A stretch of 32,000 nucleotides of DNA from Mycobacterium tuberculosis H37Rv. GTDB taxonomy: Bacteria; Actinomycetota; Actinomycetes; Mycobacteriales; Mycobacteriaceae. A program made the translations under genes and the position numbers. The notes under the pieces were generated by a model, which saw only the letters and a list, made by a program, of their open reading frames with translations, had not been told where the DNA came from and did no database searches. The stretch covers positions 3,390,001-3,422,000 of the forward strand of contig NC_000962.3 in NCBI RefSeq assembly GCF_000195955.2, written 5' to 3'. Positions 1 to 9,418 of this stretch are shown here, one piece after another. Within the stretch, counting starts at the first letter, position 1, and the number at the start of each line of letters is the position of its first letter.

Positions 1-2
1 GG

Positions 3-1502
3 CGCTGGCCGGTCGGCGAGGAATGGCTCTATCAGTCGTGGGCGGCGGCCTACCTGCCGCTGCTGCAGGTGCTGGCCGCGCTGGCCGACGAGAACCGGCA
101 CCGGTTGATCACCCTCGGGATGACGCCGGTGGTCAACGCCCAGCTCGACGACCCATACTGCCTCAACGGTGTGCATCACTGGCTAGCCAACTGGCAGCTG
201 CGCGCCGAAGAGGCCGCCAGCGTGCGGTATGCCCGTCAGTCGAAGTCGGCTGACTATCCGTCATGCACACCGGAGGCGTTGCGGGCCTTTGGGATTCGCG
301 AATGTGCCGATGCAGCTCGCGCGCTCGACAACTTCGCCACGCGGTGGCGGCACGGCGGCAGCCCACTGCTGCGCGGCCTGATCGACGCCGGCACGGTGGA
401 GCTGCTCGGTGGCCCACTTGCCCACCCGTTCCAGCCGCTGCTGGCACCGCGGCTGCGCGAGTTCGCGCTGCGCGAAGGCCTCGCCGATGCTCAGCTGCGG
501 CTGGCGCACCGCCCGAAAGGGATCTGGGCACCCGAATGCGCATACGCCCCGGGGATGGAGGTCGACTACGCCACCGCGGGGGTCAGTCACTTCATGGTCG
601 ACGGCCCGTCGCTGCACGGCGACACCGCGCTGGGCCGGCCGGTGGGGAAAACCGATGTGGTCGCCTTCGGTCGCGACTTGCAGGTCAGCTACCGGGTGTG
701 GTCACCGAAATCCGGCTACCCCGGGCACGCCGCCTACCGCGACTTCCACACCTACGACCACCTGACCGGACTCAAACCGGCCAGGGTCACCGGGCGTAAC
801 GTGCCGTCGGAGCAAAAGGCACCCTACGATCCCGAGCGCGCTGACCGCGCCGTCGACGTCCATGTTGCCGATTTCGTCGACGTGGTGCGCAATCGGCTGC
901 TCTCCGAGTCCGAGCGCATCGGCCGGCCCGCCCACGTGATCGCCGCCTTCGACACCGAGTTGTTCGGCCACTGGTGGTACGAGGGCCCAACCTGGCTGCA
1001 ACGGGTATTGCGGGCTTTACCCGCCGCCGGTGTCCGGGTGGGCACCCTGAGCGATGCGATCGCCGACGGATTCGTCGGCGACCCGGTCGAATTGCCACCC
1101 AGCTCTTGGGGTTCCGGCAAGGACTGGCAGGTGTGGAGCGGTGCCAAGGTGGCCGATCTGGTCCAGCTCAACAGCGAAGTGGTCGATACCGCGTTGACCA
1201 CCATCGACAAGGCGCTGGCCCAGACAGCGTCCCTGGACGGACCGCTGCCTCGCGATCACGTTGCTGATCAGATCCTGCGCGAGACCCTGCTCACCGTGTC
1301 CAGCGACTGGCCGTTCATGGTGAGCAAGGACTCCGCCGCCGACTACGCCCGCTATCGTGCTCACCTGCACGCACACGCCACCCGGGAGATCGCCGGCGCG
1401 CTGGCCGCGGGCCGACGCGACACCGCACGGCGGCTCGCCGAAGGGTGGAACCGCGCCGACGGTCTGTTCGGCGCCCTGGACGCTCGGAGGCTGCCCAAGT
1501 GA
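3..1502 (+). CDS. Glycoside hydrolase family 57 protein (branching-enzyme-like, Rv3031-like), 5' truncated by window edge
   Basis: Open in frame 3 from the window edge (RWPVGEEWLYQSWAAAYLPLLQVLAALADENRHRL...); GH57-type motifs (GIWAPECAY, FDTELFGHWWYEG). ORF track start at 69 is internal. Confidence 0.93.
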   Translation, partial: RWPVGEEWLYQSWAAAYLPLLQVLAALADENRHRLITLGMTPVVNAQLDDPYCLNGVHHWLANWQLRAEEAASVRYARQSKSADYPSCTPEALRAFGIRECADAARALDNFATRWRHGGSPLLRGLIDAGTVELLGGPLAHPFQPLLAPRLREFALREGLADAQLRLAHRPKGIWAPECAYAPGMEVDYATAGVSHFMVDGPSLHGDTALGRPVGKTDVVAFGRDLQVSYRVWSPKSGYPGHAAYRDFHTYDHLTGLKPARVTGRNVPSEQKAPYDPERADRAVDVHVADFVDVVRNRLLSESERIGRPAHVIAAFDTELFGHWWYEGPTWLQRVLRALPAAGVRVGTLSDAIADGFVGDPVELPPSSWGSGKDWQVWSGAKVADLVQLNSEVVDTALTTIDKALAQTASLDGPLPRDHVADQILRETLLTVSSDWPFMVSKDSAADYARYRAHLHAHATREIAGALAAGRRDTARRLAEGWNRADGLFGALDARRLPK

Positions 1503-1533
1503 ACGCCTCGCACAGGCGGAACCGGCCGCGCGC

Positions 1534-2778
1534 ATGAGGATCCTCATGGTGTCGTGGGAGTACCCGCCGGTGGTGATCGGCGGACTCGGCCGCCACGTGC
1601 ATCATCTGTCGACCGCGCTAGCCGCAGCCGGTCACGATGTCGTCGTGTTGTCCCGGTGTCCGTCGGGCACCGATCCCAGCACACACCCATCCTCCGATGA
1701 GGTGACCGAAGGGGTCCGGGTGATTGCGGCCGCGCAGGACCCGCACGAGTTCACGTTTGGCAACGACATGATGGCCTGGACCCTGGCGATGGGCCACGCC
1801 ATGATCCGCGCCGGGCTGCGCTTGAAGAAACTTGGCACCGACCGCTCGTGGCGTCCTGACGTCGTGCACGCACACGACTGGCTGGTGGCCCATCCGGCCA
1901 TCGCCCTTGCCCAGTTCTATGACGTGCCAATGGTTTCCACGATTCATGCAACGGAGGCCGGTCGACATTCCGGCTGGGTCTCCGGAGCTCTCAGCCGTCA
2001 GGTGCACGCGGTCGAGTCGTGGCTGGTGCGTGAATCCGATTCGCTGATCACATGCTCGGCGTCGATGAACGACGAGATCACCGAGCTGTTCGGGCCCGGG
2101 CTGGCCGAGATCACCGTGATCCGTAACGGCATTGACGCGGCGCGCTGGCCGTTCGCGGCCCGCCGCCCGCGCACCGGGCCAGCCGAATTGCTCTATGTGG
2201 GGCGGCTGGAGTACGAGAAGGGCGTGCACGACGCCATCGCCGCGCTGCCGCGGCTCAGGCGCACTCACCCAGGCACCACACTGACCATCGCCGGCGAAGG
2301 CACCCAGCAGGATTGGTTGATCGATCAGGCCCGCAAACACCGGGTGCTCAGAGCAACCAGGTTCGTCGGACACCTCGACCACACCGAGCTGCTGGCGTTG
2401 CTGCACCGAGCCGACGCCGCGGTGCTGCCCAGCCACTACGAACCGTTTGGGCTGGTGGCACTGGAGGCCGCCGCGGCCGGCACCCCGCTGGTGACGTCCA
2501 ACATCGGCGGTCTGGGTGAAGCGGTCATCAATGGACAGACCGGGGTGTCGTGTGCACCCCGCGACGTAGCGGGGCTGGCCGCCGCGGTGCGTAGCGTGCT
2601 CGACGATCCGGCCGCCGCGCAGCGGCGCGCACGAGCCGCCCGGCAACGGCTCACCTCCGACTTCGACTGGCAGACGGTGGCCACCGCGACCGCGCAGGTG
2701 TACCTGGCGGCGAAGCGCGGTGAACGGCAGCCGCAGCCCCGGTTGCCCATCGTCGAGCACGCTCTTCCCGATCGGTAG
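1534..2778 (+). CDS. GT4-family alpha-glucosyltransferase / glycogen-synthase-like (Rv3032-like, MGLP biosynthesis)
   Basis: MRILMVSWEYPPVVIGGLGRHVHHLSTALAAAGHDV...; GT4 features (PSHYEPFGLVALEAAAAGTPLV). ATG at 1534 chosen over track start 1357. Confidence 0.93.
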   Translation: MRILMVSWEYPPVVIGGLGRHVHHLSTALAAAGHDVVVLSRCPSGTDPSTHPSSDEVTEGVRVIAAAQDPHEFTFGNDMMAWTLAMGHAMIRAGLRLKKLGTDRSWRPDVVHAHDWLVAHPAIALAQFYDVPMVSTIHATEAGRHSGWVSGALSRQVHAVESWLVRESDSLITCSASMNDEITELFGPGLAEITVIRNGIDAARWPFAARRPRTGPAELLYVGRLEYEKGVHDAIAALPRLRRTHPGTTLTIAGEGTQQDWLIDQARKHRVLRATRFVGHLDHTELLALLHRADAAVLPSHYEPFGLVALEAAAAGTPLVTSNIGGLGEAVINGQTGVSCAPRDVAGLAAAVRSVLDDPAAAQRRARAARQRLTSDFDWQTVATATAQVYLAAKRGERQPQPRLPIVEHALPDR

Positions 2779-2811
2779 CCGTGGCAGGGACGTGATGATC
2801 GGAGCACCGCA

Positions 2812-3201
2812 GTGAAACCGCAGGACCAGGGGCTCCACTTCCCCTATCGCTACGACCTTCGACTGGCGCCTATGTGGCTACCGTTTCGATGGCCGGGCAG
2901 CCAAGGCGTGACCGTGACCGAGGATGGCCGCTTCGTCGCACGCTACGGGCCGTTTCGCGTCGAGGCGCCACTGTCTAGCGTCCGCGATGCGCACATCACC
3001 GGCCCATACCGATGGTGGACAGCGGTGGGCCCCCGACTGTCGATGGTCGACGACGGACTCACGTTCGGAACCAACGCAGCTGCCGGTGTCTGCATCCACT
3101 TCGAGCCGCGGATCCACCGCGTGATTGGACTGCGGGACCATTCGGCGCTGACAGTGACCGTTGCGGACCCCGAAGGGCTGGTCGCCGCGCTCAGCAGCTA
3201 G
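2812..3201 (+). CDS. Conserved hypothetical protein (Rv3032A-like)
   Basis: 129-aa ORF, GTG start, colinear with the preceding gene, coherent globular sequence. Confidence 0.8.
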   Translation: MKPQDQGLHFPYRYDLRLAPMWLPFRWPGSQGVTVTEDGRFVARYGPFRVEAPLSSVRDAHITGPYRWWTAVGPRLSMVDDGLTFGTNAAAGVCIHFEPRIHRVIGLRDHSALTVTVADPEGLVAALSS

Positions 3202-3379
3202 TTCGCCGAGCGCCCCGTGCTGGGCACAACCCGACTCGGCCTGGAGGCGCCTGCATCCAAGCCGCACCGGCGCACAATTATCTGCCGGAGGTCAACCCCC
3301 TTTATCGATTCGGTATCGAAGACGCCGTTTGACATGCCATGATCGGCGAATTCGCAGTTTCAGATGCCAGGGAGGCGAC

Positions 3380-3928
3380 ATGGCTCACTCGATCGTTCGC
3401 ACGCTGCTGGCCTCAGGTGCCGCCACGGCCCTGATCGCCATTCCCACAGCCTGCTCGTTTTCGATCGGAACGTCGCACTCGCACTCGGTGAGCAAGGCCG
3501 AGGTCGCCCGGCAGATCACCGCCAAGATGACAGACGCCGCCGGCAACAAGCCCGAATCGGTGACGTGCCCAAGCGATCTCCCGGCAGAGGTCGGGGCCGA
3601 GCTGAATTGCGAAATGAAGATCAAGGACCGCACGTTCAACGTCAACGTCACCGTGACCAGTGTCGACGGTAGCGACGTCAAGTTCGACATGGTGGAGACC
3701 GTCGACAAGAACCAGGTTGCCAACATCATCAGCGACAAACTGTTCCAGCGGGTGGGCGCCAGGCCCGATTCGGTGACCTGCCCCGACAATCTAAAGGGCG
3801 TCGAGGGAGCCAAACTGCGGTGTCGACTGACCGACGGCAGCAAAACGTATGGCATCTCGGTGATTGTCACCAGCGTTGACGCCGGCGATGTCAACTTCGA
3901 TTTCAAGGTCGATGACCACCCCGAGTAG
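3380..3928 (+). CDS. Putative lipoprotein with two tandem DUF4333-like domains (Rv3033-like)
   Basis: MAHSIVRTLLASGAATALIAIPTACSF signal/lipobox-like Cys; two homologous halves (PESVTCPSDL...VTVTSVDGSDVKFD and PDSVTCPDNL...VIVTSVDAGDVNFD). GGAGG upstream of ATG 3380. Confidence 0.88.
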   Translation: MAHSIVRTLLASGAATALIAIPTACSFSIGTSHSHSVSKAEVARQITAKMTDAAGNKPESVTCPSDLPAEVGAELNCEMKIKDRTFNVNVTVTSVDGSDVKFDMVETVDKNQVANIISDKLFQRVGARPDSVTCPDNLKGVEGAKLRCRLTDGSKTYGISVIVTSVDAGDVNFDFKVDDHPE

Positions 3929-3943
3929 GCTCACCGTGGAATC

Positions 3944-3958
3944 GGCTGCCCGGCAGCC
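3944..3958. terminator. Short perfect hairpin between convergent genes
   Basis: GGCTGC-CCG-GCAGCC (6-bp stem) in the gap between genes ending at 3928 (+) and 4019 (-); no clear U tract. Confidence 0.35.
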
Positions 3959-4018
3959 AATTTCGCGTACCCGATGTGGATGGTCGCCGGAGCACCATCG
4001 GCTTTAGGGTGCTCGGGG

Positions 4019-4756
4019 CTAGCGGGCCGCCTTCTTGCGTTCGATGTCGGCCAAGGCAGCGGCTAGCTCAGCGCGCTGCGCGGCCGATGCCTCCCAGGAC
4101 AGCTGGCGGTTCTTGACCACCTTGGCCGGCGCCCCGACCGCGATCGAATAGTCGGGAATTGCGCCGCGGACCACCGCGTGCGAGCCGAGCACGCAGCCCC
4201 GTCCGATGGTGGTGCCGCGCAGCACGCTCACCTTCACGCCGATCCAGGTGTCGGGCCCGATCCGCACCGGACTCTTGATGATGCCCTGGTCTTTGATCGG
4301 CAGCGTGATGTCGTCCATCCGGTGGTCGAAATCGCAGATATAGCACCAGTCGGCCATTAGCACCGAGTCCCCGATCTCGATGTCGAGATAGGTGTTGATG
4401 ACGTTGTCCCGGCCCAGCACCACCTTGTCGCCGAACCGCAGCGAGCCCTCGTGGGCACGGATCGTGTTCTTGTCCCCGATGTGCACCCAGCGGCCGATCT
4501 CCAGTTGCGCTAGTTCCGGTGTCGCGTGGATCTCCACACCCTTGCCGAGAAACACCATGCCGCGGGTGATGATGTGCGGGTTGGCCAGCTTGAACCTCAA
4601 CAGCCGCCAGTAGCGCACCAGGTACCACGGAGTGTAGGCGCGGTTGGCAAGCACCCATTTCAGCGATGCCAGCGTGAGGAACTTGGCCTGACGTGGGTCG
4701 CGCAGCCGCGATCCTCGCCACCTGCGGTGAAGCGGAGCACCCCACATGGTTGTCAT
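4019..4756 (-). CDS. Left-handed beta-helix (hexapeptide) acyl/acetyltransferase (Rv3034c-like)
   Basis: Hexapeptide-repeat pattern (IGPDTWIGVKVSVLRGTTIGRGCVLGSHAVVRGAIPDYSIAVGAPAKVV). Start taken at MTTMWGAP (4756); a longer start (about 4921 or 5077) is possible but less likely. Confidence 0.85.
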   Translation of the reverse strand: MTTMWGAPLHRRWRGSRLRDPRQAKFLTLASLKWVLANRAYTPWYLVRYWRLLRFKLANPHIITRGMVFLGKGVEIHATPELAQLEIGRWVHIGDKNTIRAHEGSLRFGDKVVLGRDNVINTYLDIEIGDSVLMADWCYICDFDHRMDDITLPIKDQGIIKSPVRIGPDTWIGVKVSVLRGTTIGRGCVLGSHAVVRGAIPDYSIAVGAPAKVVKNRQLSWEASAAQRAELAAALADIERKKAAR

Positions 4757-5378
4757 TGGCGCAGAGCTTAGCTTAGCTGTCGGACCTGTTTGGGCGTATC
4801 GGCGCATCTGAGAATGCGCATCGGCGCGCGAGGTGACGCCGGTGGCCGCCCCCGCGGGGGCGGTGATCGGCACCCGGCCCCACACCACACCCGATGACGA
4901 GCCCAAACTGAGGACGTTCACGACACTTACACCACGTACACGACACGCCCACGGACAACCGGGAACCGCCACCGGCCAAGGACGCGAGGAACCGAATCTC
5001 GCCCGCCTTGCCAGAATGTACGTGGTGACCCGAGCCGGGCAACCATTACACAGTTGGCCAGCACTGACCAACTTCATTTGTAGCGGTTACCCTCACCTGT
5101 ACTCATTCGGCCGGGCCCGCCGATGAGCGACCCACGTAGCGGAAGGATCTGGGAACCTGCGAAAGGATAAGGCGCTTGCGCGACGCCTTCCGGCGGCCGT
5201 TGCGGCCGCCGTAATCGCGGTCGAGCTGGGCGGTTGCGGAAGTGCCGACTCGTGGGTAGAAGCGGCCCCCGCACAAGGCTGGCCCGCACAATACGGCGAC
5301 GCCGCCAACAGCAGCTACACCACGACGAATGGCGCCACCAATCTCACGCTGCGGTGGACGCGTTCGGTCAAAGGAAGC

Positions 5379-6461
5379 TTGGCTGCCGGACCAGCCCTGA
5401 GCGCACGCGGGTACCTCGCGTTAAACGGGCAGACCCCGGCCGGGTGTTCGCTGATGGAGTGGCAGAACGACAACAACGGCCGGCAGCGCTGGTGTGTGCG
5501 GCTGGTCCAGGGCGGCGGCTTCGCCGGCCCGTTGTTCGACGGCTTCGACAACCTCTACGTCGGCCAGCCGGGAGCGATAATCTCCTTTCCGCCGACCCAG
5601 TGGACGCGCTGGCGCCAGCCCGTGATCGGGATGCCGTCCACCCCGCGGTTTCTGGGGCATGGCCGCCTGCTCGTGAGTACACACCTGGGGCAGCTGCTGG
5701 TATTCGATACCCGCCGCGGCATGGTGGTCGGCAGTCCGGTGGACCTGGTGGACGGCATCGATCCCACCGATGCGACACGCGGACTGGCCGACTGCGCGCC
5801 AGCCCGGCCGGGCTGCCCGGTCGCGGCCGCCCCTGCGTTCTCGTCGGTCAACGGCACGGTGGTGGTCAGCGTCTGGCAGCCGGGCGAACCGGCCGCGAAG
5901 CTGGTCGGGCTGAAATACCACGCTGAGCAACTCGTCCGCGAGTGGACCAGTGACGCTGTCAGCGCGGGCGTGCTGGCCAGCCCAGTGCTCTCCGCCGACG
6001 GATCGACGGTCTACGTCAATGGGCGCGACCACCGGCTATGGGCACTCAACGCCGCCGACGGGAAAGCGAAGTGGTCAGCTCCCCTGGGCTTTCTGGCGCA
6101 GACGCCGCCCGCACTGACCCCACATGGACTGATCGTGTCCGGCGGGGGCCCCGACACCGCGCTGGCGGCGTTCCGGGATGCCGGTGATCACGCCGAGGGG
6201 GCCTGGCGACGCGACGACGTTACTGCGCTGTCGACCGCGAGTCTGGCCGGCACCGGCGTCGGCTATACGGTCATCAGCGGTCCAAACCACGATGGCACGC
6301 CCGGTTTGTCGTTGCTGGTCTTCGATCCGGCCAACGGCCACACGGTCAACAGCTATCCGCTACCCGGAGCGACCGGATATCCCGTCGGTGTATCGGTCGG
6401 CAACGACCGCCGCGTGGTGACCGCCACCAGCGACGGCCAGGTCTACAGCTTCGCACCTTAG
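5379..6461 (+). CDS. PQQ/WD-like beta-propeller protein, probably a lipoprotein (Rv3035-like)
   Basis: ORF with repeated propeller blades (GRDHRLWALNAADGKAKWS). Frame stays open upstream to 5127 and includes a lipoprotein signal; see finding. Confidence 0.85.
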   Translation: MAAGPALSARGYLALNGQTPAGCSLMEWQNDNNGRQRWCVRLVQGGGFAGPLFDGFDNLYVGQPGAIISFPPTQWTRWRQPVIGMPSTPRFLGHGRLLVSTHLGQLLVFDTRRGMVVGSPVDLVDGIDPTDATRGLADCAPARPGCPVAAAPAFSSVNGTVVVSVWQPGEPAAKLVGLKYHAEQLVREWTSDAVSAGVLASPVLSADGSTVYVNGRDHRLWALNAADGKAKWSAPLGFLAQTPPALTPHGLIVSGGGPDTALAAFRDAGDHAEGAWRRDDVTALSTASLAGTGVGYTVISGPNHDGTPGLSLLVFDPANGHTVNSYPLPGATGYPVGVSVGNDRRVVTATSDGQVYSFAP

Positions 6462-7141
6462 ATTGCCAGCGGCGGAATGGCGCTGCGCGGCACCTGGGCT
6501 TGGCAAGCGCCGACAAACGACGGCAGCAGCTCACCCTGGGCGAAGTAGAAAATCAGACTGTCGTCGGTGATAGCAAAGTTCTGGTAGTGAGCCGGGTCGA
6601 GGCCGGTCGAAGGCAATATCGCGGCACCGAAACCGGTCTGACGTGCCAGCTCGCGCTGAACGATGGGGTAGATGCTGTCCAGTGGCGTGGTGCCGGGCAC
6701 GAACAACGTGTCGAAGGTGATGGGCTGCGAGGTCGCGAGGTTGTAGTTGAAGGCCTTGTACCAGGTGGACGGATGTGCCCCACCGAGGTCCTGGAAGAAT
6801 TTGAGCACTACGCTGCGGGTGGCCTGCGGCGGCTGGCCGGAGCTGTGCTGTTCGCTGGTGGCGTCCATTTGGTAGGGCTGGTCTCGCAGCGGGGACCCCT
6901 GCGCGACGTTGACGAACCCGTCGCGGTTTTGCGTGATGTAGTCGGTCAGCGCCTGCTGGTCGGGATAGTCGACAGGAAATGTCATATCCAGCATGTACTT
7001 AGGGCCCGAGGCGTGCACATGGCAGATCTGGCCGGCCTGCACAGTGCCGCCCAGGCCGGCGCATGACGGCGGCGCACCAGCCGCCGGCCAGCCCACCAGG
7101 ACCACAGCAACGAGCACTGCGGTCGCTATCAGATAACGCAT
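6458..7141 (-). CDS. TB22.2: Secreted protein, DUF3298/RsiV-like (Rv3036c, TB22.2-like)
   Basis: N-terminal signal MRYLIATAVLVAVVLVGWPAAGAPP; 227 aa; matches the remembered MTB protein. Confidence 0.88.
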   Translation of the reverse strand: MRYLIATAVLVAVVLVGWPAAGAPPSCAGLGGTVQAGQICHVHASGPKYMLDMTFPVDYPDQQALTDYITQNRDGFVNVAQGSPLRDQPYQMDATSEQHSSGQPPQATRSVVLKFFQDLGGAHPSTWYKAFNYNLATSQPITFDTLFVPGTTPLDSIYPIVQRELARQTGFGAAILPSTGLDPAHYQNFAITDDSLIFYFAQGELLPSFVGACQAQVPRSAIPPLAI

Positions 7142-7213
7142 CGTCTAATCGTCCTCGCAGACCAAAGGCGTTGGCGCAGCTTAGGGGTGACCGCCGCCAG
7201 CCTACCCGTGCCG

Positions 7214-8290
7214 CTACCGGGACGGCCGACACACATAGGCGGTCACATGGCTCAAGGACCCGGCACCAATGCGGGTGATGACCACCGCCAGCGGTCTGCT
7301 GCCCCGCAGCCGGAGCCGTCGCCGCAGAGCGTCGGGATCGATCGCAACGCCGCGCACCAGGATTTCGGCTGCCCCGCAATCCAGCGCTGACAGCACCTGA
7401 CGCAGCCGACGCTCGTCGAAGGCCAGCTGCTCGAGCACCTCGAACCCGCGCAACGCAGGCGGCAGCCGGTCACCGGACAGGTAAGCGATTTGGGGATCGA
7501 GCTGCCACAGCCCATGCCGGGCGCCGTAGTTGCGTACCAGGCCGGCACGGACGACGGCGCCGTCGGGGTCGACGATCCATTTCCCGGCGGGCCGCACACC
7601 GCAGTCGTCGGGCTCGTCGTCACCGATTTGTTCACCGGAATCGAGGATGCTGGCTCGACGGCGGATACCCGATCCGGCCAACCCGGCCGACCAAAGACAT
7701 GCTTCTCGAACCCCACCGCGGTATGAGATCACCTCGATCTCGCCCTCGAAACCGAGCCGGCCCACCTCCTCGAAATCTATTCCGGGAGCGCACTTGACGA
7801 CCACATCACGGCCGCGGTAGCGGTCCAGTAGGGGGCCCAGGCCGGGCTGGTAGTCGGCGAGGTGGAAGCGTCGCCGCCCGTTGCTGCGACGCGCCGGGTC
7901 GATGACGACGACCGCGTCGCGGGTCACCGGATGCAGCACATCGGCGCGGCACAGGTCAGCTTCCATTCCCAGGGCGGCCAGGTTGTGGCGCGCCATGGCC
8001 AGCCGCACCGGGTCGATATCGCTGCCGACCGCCCGGACAGCTAGCTCGCGCAGCGCGGCCAGCTCGGTGCCGATGGAGCAGGTCGCGTCGTGCACTACCC
8101 GACCGGCCAGTCGCCTGGCCCGGTGCCGGGCCACGGGTGCTGCGGTAGCCTGCTGCAGCGCCTCATCGGTGAATAGCCATTGCGACACCCCAACGTTCGG
8201 ACACAGCTCGCCCAGTTTGCCGGCGGCGCGGCGGCGCAGCAGCGTGGTCTCCACCAGCCACGGCGCCCGATCGCCAAACCGGGCGCGCAC
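7214..8290 (-). CDS. Class I SAM-dependent methyltransferase with THUMP-like C-terminal domain (Rv3037c-like)
   Basis: VGSDIDPVRLAMARHNLAALG and VVVIDPARRSNGRR motifs. Confidence 0.87.
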   Translation of the reverse strand: MRARFGDRAPWLVETTLLRRRAAGKLGELCPNVGVSQWLFTDEALQQATAAPVARHRARRLAGRVVHDATCSIGTELAALRELAVRAVGSDIDPVRLAMARHNLAALGMEADLCRADVLHPVTRDAVVVIDPARRSNGRRRFHLADYQPGLGPLLDRYRGRDVVVKCAPGIDFEEVGRLGFEGEIEVISYRGGVREACLWSAGLAGSGIRRRASILDSGEQIGDDEPDDCGVRPAGKWIVDPDGAVVRAGLVRNYGARHGLWQLDPQIAYLSGDRLPPALRGFEVLEQLAFDERRLRQVLSALDCGAAEILVRGVAIDPDALRRRLRLRGSRPLAVVITRIGAGSLSHVTAYVCRPSR

Positions 8291-8424
8291 CGCGGCGGTG
8301 TCGGCAATGCGAGTGGCAGCGGTCAGCTCGAGCTCTGCGACCGCGGCCAGCGCAACCGCACCCGATTCTGACCGCAGATAGCTGACGTCGGCGGTGGTGA
8401 ACGTGAGACCAGTGAAGCCGCTGG

Positions 8425-9408
8425 TCAGGACGGCTTAACCCCGGTAATCATCACGTTGTAGAACCAGCCCTTCGGCACCACATGCCGCCAGACGTTGGCG
8501 TCCACCCAGCCCAGAGTCTTCCAGCTGGTGAAGGCGAAGCGCGCCCAACCCCAGCCCAGCCGCCCTGGCGGCACCGTGCACTCAAACGTGCGCAACGGCC
8601 AACCCAGCATCGCCGCGGTGAACTCCTCGGTGGCGGTTTGGACCTCGACTGCACCCGCGTTGTGCGCGATCCGCTGCAGGTCCTGGGGCGTGAATGTGTG
8701 CAGGTCGACCAGGGCCTCCAGCGCCGCGGCGCGCGAGGACTCATCGAGCTCGCCTTGTGGTCGGCGCCAGCCTCTCAGGCCGGGCAGCTTGGTAGCGTTG
8801 GTGACGACACGCCAGGTCAGCGTGGACAGTGTGCGAGCGTAGCCGTCGCCGACGGTGGTCGGCTCGCCGGCGAACACGAAGCGCCCGCCCGGCTTGAGTA
8901 CCCGAACCACCTCCCGCAACGACAGCTCGACGTCGGGAATGTGGTGCAGCACCGCATGCCCGACCACGAGGTCGAAAGCGTCGTCGTCGTACGGGATGCC
9001 CTCGGCGTCGGCGACCCGGCCGTCGATGTCTAGCCCCAGCGCTTGCCCATTGCGGGTGGCGACCTTGACCATGCCGGGTGAGAGGTCGGTGACCGATCCA
9101 CGCCGGGCAACGCCAGCCTGGATCAAGTTGAGCAGGAAGAATCCGGTTCCACAGCCCAGTTCCAGTGCGCGGTCGTAGGGCAGCTGCGCGATGACCTCAT
9201 CAGGCACGATCGCGTCGAACCGGCCGCGGGCGTAGTCGACGCAACGCTGGTCATAAGAGATCGACCACTTCTCGTCGTAGTTCTCGGCTTCCCAGTCGTG
9301 GTAGAGCACCTGGGCGAGCTTGCTGTCGTGCCGAGCTGCGGCCACCTGCTCGGCCGTGGCATGTGGATTGGGAGTGGCGTCGGCGGGGATGTTTGAACTC
9401 CTCGTCAT
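8425..9408 (-). CDS. SAM-dependent methyltransferase (Rv3038c-like)
   Basis: LELGCGTGFFLLNLIQAG motif I; 327 aa from MTRSSNIPADATPN. Track start at 9579 is over-extended. Confidence 0.9.
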   Translation of the reverse strand: MTRSSNIPADATPNPHATAEQVAAARHDSKLAQVLYHDWEAENYDEKWSISYDQRCVDYARGRFDAIVPDEVIAQLPYDRALELGCGTGFFLLNLIQAGVARRGSVTDLSPGMVKVATRNGQALGLDIDGRVADAEGIPYDDDAFDLVVGHAVLHHIPDVELSLREVVRVLKPGGRFVFAGEPTTVGDGYARTLSTLTWRVVTNATKLPGLRGWRRPQGELDESSRAAALEALVDLHTFTPQDLQRIAHNAGAVEVQTATEEFTAAMLGWPLRTFECTVPPGRLGWGWARFAFTSWKTLGWVDANVWRHVVPKGWFYNVMITGVKPS

Positions 9409-9418
9409 ATAGGCGAGC

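Noticed and set aside
1618-2838. 406-aa minus-strand ORF antisense to the GT4 gene
   Set aside because: Shadow ORF in high-GC DNA; no recognisable domain, and the sense frame is clearly a glycosyltransferase.
5234-5926. 230-aa + strand ORF overlapping the Rv3035-like gene
   Set aside because: Out-of-frame Arg-rich reading; the propeller frame is the coding one.
6458-6461. 4-bp tail-to-tail overlap of convergent genes as a possible special arrangement
   Set aside because: Common in compact bacterial genomes and not unusual in itself.
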